NCBI GenBank assembly: GCA_002779605.1
Contig: PEWE01000033.1
Coordinates: forward strand, 11,686 to 75,685
Direction of reading: 5' to 3'
DNA from: Zetaproteobacteria bacterium CG06_land_8_20_14_3_00_59_53
Lineage (GTDB): Bacteria > Pseudomonadota > Zetaproteobacteria > Mariprofundales > Mariprofundaceae
Length of the DNA stretch: 64,000 nt
The notes under the pieces were generated by a model that had not been told where the DNA came from, did not search any database, and saw only the letters and a list, made by a program, of their open reading frames with translations. The translations under genes were made by a program, and so were the position numbers. The stretch's first letter is position 1; the number at the start of each line of letters is the position of its first letter. Below, piece after piece: positions 58,304 through 64,000 of the stretch.

Positions 58304-59065
58304 ATGCAGCACGCGCGACAGAAAACGTCCGGAACCCTGAGCCGCGGCCTCGGTCGTTTCATGCCTGCCGTGTTCGCCCTGCTGGTCTCGCTGTGCATCG
58401 CCGGCGTCGCCAGTTTCAGCCCGGCCCTGCTGGCCAAGGTGAAACGCGAATTCGGTATCGAGGCCAAATACCGCATATTGGACTGGCAGCAGCTGATCAA
58501 TCAGGACCGGGGACAACAGGAGCGGGATATCATCCGCAGCGTCAATCTGTTCTTCAACCGTGTCAATTTCATTACCGATGAAAGGCACTGGGGGCGCGCC
58601 GACTACTGGGCCACACCGGTCGAGTTCCTCGCCACCAATGGCGGTGATTGTGAGGATTACTCCATCGCCAAGTATTTCACGCTGCGCGAACTGGGTGTGC
58701 CGGACGAGCGGATGCGTATCACGTATGTTAAGGCGGCACGCTCGGCATGGCTGGATACCCCGCAGGCACATATGGTGCTCGCCTATTACCCGCAACCCGA
58801 TGCCGTCCCCCTGATTCTCGACAACCTCATCGACGACATCCTGCCCGCCTCGCAGCGCAGCGATCTGGTGCCTGTCTACAGCTTTAACGGTCTTGGCTTG
58901 TGGGTCGCCAAGGAAAGAGGCGCCGGCTACACCAGCCTGGGCAACCCCGGGCGCATCGATTTCTGGACCGATATGAACATCCGCATGCAGCAGGAAAGGC
59001 AACTCGGCGAGAGCTACTCCGTGCATGGCGGCAATCCTGATACACTCGGCCATACAGGGCCTTGA
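58304..59065 (+). CDS. lapG: transglutaminase-like periplasmic cysteine protease (BTLCP), LapG-like
   Basis: GGDCEDYSIAKYF (Cys), QAHMVLAYY (His), LILDNL (Asp). Directly upstream of a LapD-type gene. Confidence 0.85.
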   Translation: MQHARQKTSGTLSRGLGRFMPAVFALLVSLCIAGVASFSPALLAKVKREFGIEAKYRILDWQQLINQDRGQQERDIIRSVNLFFNRVNFITDERHWGRADYWATPVEFLATNGGDCEDYSIAKYFTLRELGVPDERMRITYVKAARSAWLDTPQAHMVLAYYPQPDAVPLILDNLIDDILPASQRSDLVPVYSFNGLGLWVAKERGAGYTSLGNPGRIDFWTDMNIRMQQERQLGESYSVHGGNPDTLGHTGP

Positions 59066-59075
59066 GGAGATGAAG

Positions 59076-61019
59076 ATGAACCTATTCCGACATTTGACCT
59101 TATCCCGACAATTATTCGCCGTGATCAGTCTGCTGCTGCTGGCCGTACTCGGACGCATGTTCTGGATCAGCGTGGACAACACACGAGCCTATCTGGATGA
59201 CCAGATGCGCACCCAGACATCCAACGCCGTGGACTCGCTGGGGATTTCCCTGCAACCCGCACTGCTGGCCCACGACATGGCGATGACGGAAACGCTGGTC
59301 AATGCTGCCTTCGATCACGGTTACTACCGCCAGTTGCTGCTTGAAGACATGCAGGGCAAGGCCCTGTTCAAACGGGTGAACAGCGATCCGGTCAAGGATG
59401 TGCCGCAGTGGTTCATCGGGTTATTGCCGCTGGATGCCCCCGAGGCAAGCGCCACCCTGACCTCCGGATGGATGCAGTTCGGCCGATTGTCGATTCAGGC
59501 ACATCCGGGTCGGGCCTATGTGAACCTTTGGACCTCCTTCCGCCAGCTTCTGATGCTGGCCCTGTGGACATTCATCGCCAGTATTGTCGCCGTTCTGCTT
59601 CTGGTGCGCGGCATGCTCAAGCCGCTGCGCGCCATCGAGGCACAGGCACTGGCCATCAGCCAGCGTGAGTTCCCGATCAACAATATTGTGCCGTGGACAC
59701 GTGAATTCCGGCATGTCGTGCAGGCCATGAACCGCATGTCCGAAAAGGTGGGAGAGATCATCCATAGTCTCACCGACCATGCCGATGAATTACAGCGACA
59801 GGCGCGCATGGACAGCCTCACCGGCCTGCCCAACCGCAGCGGATTCATGCCGGCCCTTGCCGCGATGCTGGGCAGCTACGAAAGCAATAGCAGTGGTCTT
59901 TTTGTGCTGATCAAACTGGATGATTTTGCCGACTTCAACGATCGTGTCGGATATCGGGTCGCCGATAAGCTGCTTCAGACAATTGCCGGTATCCTCTCCG
60001 AACATATCGGCACGCATCGCGATGCGCTGGTCGGCCGCATCGGCGGCGTGGATTTTGCCCTCGTCCTTCCCAATATGCACAGTGATGACATCAACCGCCT
60101 GTGCACCTCGCTGCGCAAGCGTCTGGATGCTGTGCAGGGAATAGGCAACAGCGTCTGCCATATCTTCTTTGGAGCCACCTGCTACTCGGCCGATAACACC
60201 ATGTCGGAGATACTCGGCCGTGCCGATACAGCTCTGACCGGCGCGCGTGGCAACGGCCTTGGATTCAGTGTCGAAAACGATAACAAACACGAGCACGGCC
60301 TGATCAACTGGCAGGAGATGGTTGACGATGTTTTGCTGCATCGCCGCATCAATCTGCTCGGCCAACCGATTCAGTCTTGCGATAATCAAACACTGTATTT
60401 CGAGGTGCTGGCCCGTATCCGTGACGATCAGGGCGAATACATCTCACCGGCCACCTTCATGCCAATGGCCGAACGGCTGGGACGCATGCTGGATGTCGAT
60501 GCGTGCGTTCTAAAGCTGGCCATACGCTGGTTGAGTATGCACGAGCAACAACAGCTCGCCGTCAACCTCTCCTCCAGTTCTCTTCAGCATGCCGCAGCCA
60601 GCTCATGGTTGGCCGAACAACTCGGGCAGAATCATGCAGCCTGCAAACGCCTGCTGATCGAAATCTCCGAACATAGCGCCATGCTGGACGGGGAGATGAC
60701 ATCTGCTTTCATCGACAATGCGCATGAATCGGGGGTACGGGTTGTGATGGAACGCTTCGGCAGTGGTCTGGCTTCCTTCCATACCCTGCGTCGCCTGAAG
60801 CTGGACTTCATCAAGCTCGATGGCAGCTATGTGCGCGGTTTGGCAAACGATGCCGAGAATCGTTTCTTCCTGCATACCCTGCTGGATATTGCGCACGGGC
60901 TTGATATCCGGGTGATCGCCGAACAGGTCGAGGACGATGCTGATCGGGAGGCTCTGGAGAAGATGGGTATCGATGCCCTGCAAGGCTGGCATATCGGCAA
61001 ACCTGAACCGCTGGAATAA
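59076..61019 (+). CDS. lapD: LapD-type inner-membrane c-di-GMP receptor (LapD/MoxY periplasmic domain, HAMP, degenerate GGDEF, degenerate EAL)
   Basis: N-terminal TM plus periplasmic ...SGWMQFGRLSIQAHP..., second TM, HAMP. The GGDEF position reads GGVDF and the EAL position reads EVL. ATG 59076 lies 6 nt after GAGGAG. Confidence 0.82.
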   Translation: MNLFRHLTLSRQLFAVISLLLLAVLGRMFWISVDNTRAYLDDQMRTQTSNAVDSLGISLQPALLAHDMAMTETLVNAAFDHGYYRQLLLEDMQGKALFKRVNSDPVKDVPQWFIGLLPLDAPEASATLTSGWMQFGRLSIQAHPGRAYVNLWTSFRQLLMLALWTFIASIVAVLLLVRGMLKPLRAIEAQALAISQREFPINNIVPWTREFRHVVQAMNRMSEKVGEIIHSLTDHADELQRQARMDSLTGLPNRSGFMPALAAMLGSYESNSSGLFVLIKLDDFADFNDRVGYRVADKLLQTIAGILSEHIGTHRDALVGRIGGVDFALVLPNMHSDDINRLCTSLRKRLDAVQGIGNSVCHIFFGATCYSADNTMSEILGRADTALTGARGNGLGFSVENDNKHEHGLINWQEMVDDVLLHRRINLLGQPIQSCDNQTLYFEVLARIRDDQGEYISPATFMPMAERLGRMLDVDACVLKLAIRWLSMHEQQQLAVNLSSSSLQHAAASSWLAEQLGQNHAACKRLLIEISEHSAMLDGEMTSAFIDNAHESGVRVVMERFGSGLASFHTLRRLKLDFIKLDGSYVRGLANDAENRFFLHTLLDIAHGLDIRVIAEQVEDDADREALEKMGIDALQGWHIGKPEPLE

Positions 61020-61075
61020 GCCCGGCCCTGCCTAATCGGCATTGTTCTTGCTGGTTTCCCCCGCAGAGGGAATCC

Positions 61076-61549
61076 ATGACGACAGAGCTGATCGGAACAT
61101 ATGATACGACTCTGATAGCAGTTTCTGTTGCCGTAGCAGTTTATTCATCCTTTGTGGCGCTTGCCACGGTTCCCCGCATCCACTGTGCGATGAACACCCG
61201 ATGGGATGTCGTGTGGTCCTTCGTGTTCGGCCTGAGCATGGGAACGGGTATCTGGAGCATGCATTTCATCGGCATGCTGGGCTTCGATCTCCCGGTTCCC
61301 ATCCATTACGACACCACCCTGACCGCCCTCTCCCTGCTGCTGGCGATCAATGTTGCGCATGTCGGCACAGCACCAACTGCACCCCGAGTTGCTCACCTTG
61401 TGCAGCAATATCAGCTTCGGCACCTGCCTTTGCGGCAAGGCTGCGCGGACAAAACTGATCTTCCACAAAAGCTGCGTCGATGCGGATCACGACATCCAGC
61501 CGTCAGGCATGGCTCCACACGGGCATTATTGCGTTCCCATCCTCGATGA
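61076..61549 (+). pseudogene. MHYT-domain N-terminal fragment (about 2.5 TM helices, one MHF/MHYT motif) running out of frame
   Basis: IWSMHFIGMLGFDLPVPIHYD is an MHYT repeat. After ...LSLLLAINVAHVG the translation turns Pro/Arg-rich and non-protein-like. Confidence 0.6.
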
Positions 61550-62201
61550 GGGAACGGTACTGGGCGTGCTCAATCTGTATGTGAAACACGGGCACGCCCC
61601 CTCTCCGCTGGAGATGCAGCTGCTGGAGTCGGTCACCAACGCCATGGCAGGCATCATCCGGCGCAAGACCATGGAGTATAAACTCGAGACCATGTCATAT
61701 CAGGACGAACTGACCGGCCTGGCCAATCGCAGGAAGTTCAACGAGGCCTTCGAGCACGCGCTGATCGTGGCCCGGCGGACGCAAGTCCCGGTGGCCTTGA
61801 TGATGCTCGATCTGGACCGATTCAAACCGGTCAACGATACCTACGGGCACGATGTGGGTGATGTGTTGCTGCAACAGGTTGCACAGCGGGTCGGCAAGTG
61901 TCTGCGCGATATGGATACCTTCGCCCGCGTCGGCGGCGACGAATTCATGATCCTGCTGGAAATGATGCACCCGCCTGTCGTCGTCCGGATGATCGGACAA
62001 CGCATTCTTGCAGAGCTCAGCCGGCCTTTCGAGATCAACGGGTACAGCGTGTGTATCGGAGACAGTATCGGCGTGAGTGTCTTTCCTGACGACGGAGAAA
62101 CCAGCGATGTCCTGATCAAGCAGGCCGATATCTCGCTTTACAAGGCCAAGGAAACCCGCGGCAGCATCCGGCAGGCCGGCCAGCCATCCAGGGCCGCCTG
62201 A
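61350..62201 (+). CDS. truncated GAF (C-terminal half) + GGDEF diguanylate cyclase with intact GGDEF and RxxD I-site
   Basis: PELLTLCSNISFGTCLCGKAA...PHGHYCVPIL...GVLNLY (distal GAF half), then RDMDTFARVGGDEF. The frame opens only at 61323. Confidence 0.7.
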   Translation: MLRMSAQHQLHPELLTLCSNISFGTCLCGKAARTKLIFHKSCVDADHDIQPSGMAPHGHYCVPILDEGTVLGVLNLYVKHGHAPSPLEMQLLESVTNAMAGIIRRKTMEYKLETMSYQDELTGLANRRKFNEAFEHALIVARRTQVPVALMMLDLDRFKPVNDTYGHDVGDVLLQQVAQRVGKCLRDMDTFARVGGDEFMILLEMMHPPVVVRMIGQRILAELSRPFEINGYSVCIGDSIGVSVFPDDGETSDVLIKQADISLYKAKETRGSIRQAGQPSRAA

Positions 62202-62219
62202 GAGGACCGCCCCCGGATT

Positions 62220-62441
62220 TTACTTTTCGATCAGCAGCAGATGTTTGCCGTTGTCGGTCGGTTCGTTGGAGAGCACCTTGAACCCCTGCTCCTCGCAGGA
62301 GCGCGGCACGTTCTCCAGCGGCTCGCCGGCATTGAGCAGCACTTCCAGCTTCTCGCCGGCATCCATCTTCGCCAGACGCAGCTTCACCTTCACAAAGGTC
62401 ATCGGGCAGGTTTCCCTGGTGATATCGAGGAAATGTTTCAT
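62220..62441 (-). CDS. tusA: TusA/SirA-family sulfurtransferase
   Basis: 73 aa; DITRETCPMTFVKVK (CPxP motif). Confidence 0.85.
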   Translation of the reverse strand: MKHFLDITRETCPMTFVKVKLRLAKMDAGEKLEVLLNAGEPLENVPRSCEEQGFKVLSNEPTDNGKHLLLIEK

Positions 62442-62453
62442 GCTGTTGCGTCC

Positions 62454-62945
62454 TTAAATAAAGATGATGTGGGCGTCTTCGGATTCGTTCAGAAAGGTGG
62501 CCACGCCGACCACCGACTGCACATCGTCGATCAGATCGTCCTTGCTGATGCCGAGGATATGCATGGACATCTCGCAGGCGAAATGCCGGATACCCAGTTC
62601 ACTGGCCGCTTCCATCAGCTCATCCAGCTGCGCGACGTTGTTCTTGCGCATCATGCCGCCCATCAGAATCGGGCTGGCGCCGCCGAAATTCAGGCGCGAA
62701 AGCGGCAGGTTGTTGCGCCCGCCCATCAGCCAGTTGAATACGCGTGACAGGAAATCCTTGCCGATCGGCTTGCGGCCGCGCTGCTTCTTCAGCGCATTCA
62801 GGCCCCAGAAGGTGAAAAACATCGTCACCTCGCGATTGGTGGCCGCAGCCCCTGTCGCAATGGTGTAGGCGGCGAGCATCTTGTCGAACTCGCCGGAAAA
62901 ACACACGATGGATATCTTCTTCTTATCAACAACTGGCTGACTCAT
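62454..62945 (-). CDS. DsrE/DsrF-like (DsrE2/DrsE_2-type) sulfur relay protein
   Basis: KKISIVCFSGEFDKMLAAYTIATGAAA...TMFFTFWGLNALKK pattern. 12 nt upstream of the tusA-like gene. Confidence 0.75.
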   Translation of the reverse strand: MSQPVVDKKKISIVCFSGEFDKMLAAYTIATGAAATNREVTMFFTFWGLNALKKQRGRKPIGKDFLSRVFNWLMGGRNNLPLSRLNFGGASPILMGGMMRKNNVAQLDELMEAASELGIRHFACEMSMHILGISKDDLIDDVQSVVGVATFLNESEDAHIIFI

Positions 62946-63128
62946 GGCTTACCTCGCTCCGGCTACCGCATGAAATCAACGGTCGGCGGAAATTTGAAGC
63001 GGCAAACTAGTCAAATGAGTGGACTGCGGCAATCGGGCGTACAGCATCATGGGCGGGGCAAACCTCTCAAGTCGGCATGGATCCTGCCGATAGGTTGACC
63101 AGACATGCTATAACTTCAGGAGGCTCGG

Positions 63129-63239
63129 TTGAAAATCGGATACTTCGATCCCTATCACCACAAAAAAGACCTCAGCATTCTTGATGTCGTGCTGCTGGTG
63201 ATACTGCAATTGATCTTTGCATGGATCGTCTTCGGCTGA
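63129..63239 (+). CDS. unannotated 36-codon smORF (copy 1): polar N-terminus with DPYH, hydrophobic C-terminal helix ending AWIVFG
   Basis: AGGAGG lies 6 nt before TTG 63129. Translation (M)KIGYFDPYHHKKDLSILDVVLLVILQLIFAWIVFG*. A paralog lies 260 nt downstream. Confidence 0.5.
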   Translation: MKIGYFDPYHHKKDLSILDVVLLVILQLIFAWIVFG

Positions 63240-63388
63240 AAACCGGCTTTCCCCCTCTATACCTTGCGGAAGTTCACCTATAACTAAAGTTACCCGTCGC
63301 TAAACTATTAGTCTAATTGCCATAATCCCGGCCATCCCCGACCATTCCAGTCATCAAGGAAACCGATCTCGATCAACAGGAGATGACG

Positions 63389-63499
63389 ATGGGAACCACA
63401 TGCTACGACCCTTACCACCAGAGCAGAGTCATTCATTTCAACGACTATCTGTTGCTGATCATTGCGCAGCTTGTGATTGCGTGGATGCTTTTCGGCTGA
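63389..63499 (+). CDS. unannotated 36-codon smORF (copy 2)
   Basis: AGGAG lies 6 nt before ATG 63389. Translation MGTTCYDPYHQSRVIHFNDYLLLIIAQLVIAWMLFG*. Same length as copy 1. Confidence 0.55.
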   Translation: MGTTCYDPYHQSRVIHFNDYLLLIIAQLVIAWMLFG

Positions 63500-63554
63500 A
63501 CCCGCCTGCGATATAGCCGATTAATAAACATTCCGGCCGACCCGGCTGCCAAGG

Positions 63555-63758
63555 TTATTTTCCGGGGTCTTTTTCCAGCAGATGATTCTTTGATGCCTCA
63601 TCCTGCTTCGCATCCAGCAGTTCATCGCGCATGATGCTCACCTCGCGGGGAGCCTCGATACCGATCTTCACCTGATTGCCCGATACGCTGAGCACCTTCA
63701 CGGTCACATCGTGACCGACAACCATGGTTTCGTCTTTCTTGCGGGTAAGAATCAGCAT
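63555..63758 (-). CDS. csrA: carbon storage regulator CsrA
   Basis: [52 protein letters not shown] lies upstream of ATG 63758. Confidence 0.95.
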   Translation of the reverse strand: MLILTRKKDETMVVGHDVTVKVLSVSGNQVKIGIEAPREVSIMRDELLDAKQDEASKNHLLEKDPGK

Positions 63759-63789
63759 GGGAACTCCTTTAAGGTTTGTTCCCCGCAAC

Positions 63790-63817
63790 AGCAATTAAGG
63801 GGCCAAGAAGGCCCCTT
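63790..63817 (-). terminator. hairpin after aspartate kinase
   Basis: AAGGGGCC-(5 nt)-GGCCCCTT stem. The following U-tract is weak (TTAATTGCTGTT). Confidence 0.5.
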
Positions 63818-63825
63818 TGATTGAT

Positions 63826-64000
63826 TCAGGCTGCTATGACCTCGGAATCGAGACCGAAGGCGCTGTGCAGTGCCTTGACCGCTTCGTTCACATGCTGCTC
63901 TTCCAGCACCACGGTGATCTTGATCTCGCTGGTGGTGATCATCTGGATATTGATGCCCCTGGTGGCCAGCGTTGCAAACATCTTGCTTGCCACACCGGAA
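63826..64000 (-). CDS. lysC: aspartate kinase, C-terminal ACT domain (5' part lies beyond the window)
   Basis: Reverse translation ...GVASKMFATLATRGINIQMITTSEIKITVVLEEQHVNEAVKALHSAFGLDSEVIAA*. lysC-csrA is a common arrangement. Confidence 0.85.
   Translation of the reverse strand, partial: SGVASKMFATLATRGINIQMITTSEIKITVVLEEQHVNEAVKALHSAFGLDSEVIAA

Noticed and set aside
63095-63114. TTGACC ... TATAAC promoter-like hexamers upstream of smORF 1
   Set aside because: The spacer is only 8 nt, which is incompatible with a sigma-70 promoter.
62946-63128. Possible CsrB/Rsm-type sRNA near csrA
   Set aside because: There are only a few scattered GGA motifs. I saw no repeated ANGGA hairpin units and no promoter/terminator pair.

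Overview
Dense chromosomal segment of a moderately GC-rich Gram-negative (proteobacterial) genome. I cannot name the organism. I saw no IS elements, phage genes, integrases or CRISPR arrays. Gene order: (1) a partial outer-membrane beta-barrel gene plus ZnuA/ZnuB-like metal uptake genes. (2) A cusCBA-type Cu/Ag RND efflux operon preceded by a small Met/His/Cys-rich protein gene. (3) A cobalamin-riboswitch-led minus-strand operon: btuB-tonB-btuF-btuC-btuD-cobO-cbiX-cobA-ygjP-like. (4) hflK-hflC-DUF2065, an LptF/G-family permease, suhB, nnrU-like and pgi. (5) A small, probably frameshifted membrane-protein gene. (6) A DUF1841 / small membrane protein / addB / addA operon, then srkA. (7) An unusual ~9.5 kb block at 32.3-41.7 kb. 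It holds an OsmC-like gene, then a 1290-aa FIST + 2x(coiled coil/GAF-like) + class III cyclase protein, then a stand-alone VioB/RebD-type ferritin-like protein. These converge on an FAD oxidase gene that a 13-nt poly-G tract puts out of frame. A second OsmC paralog and a flavin monooxygenase follow. (8) A phytochelatin-synthase-like papain-fold enzyme next to an EgtC-like class II amidotransferase. (9) trmB-hypothetical-nitrilase, a Zn-ribbon methyltransferase, a YrdC-family gene, asmA, gph, tRNA-Ala(CGC), bioA and leuS-lptE-holA. (10) A membrane protein coupled to a NIF/FCP1-type phosphatase, lapG-lapD, and a disrupted MHYT / GAF-GGDEF gene. (11) tusA plus a dsrE-like gene, two tandem unannotated 36-codon smORFs, csrA, and the 3' end of aspartate kinase. 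The items most worth follow-up are the OsmC-bracketed cyclase/oxidase island (poly-G switch, non-canonical cyclase specificity residues, perfect CRP-type palindrome), an exact 14-mer shared by two accessory promoters, the PCS-like/EgtC-like pair and the tandem smORFs. All family calls come from reading the translations by eye. No database search was run.
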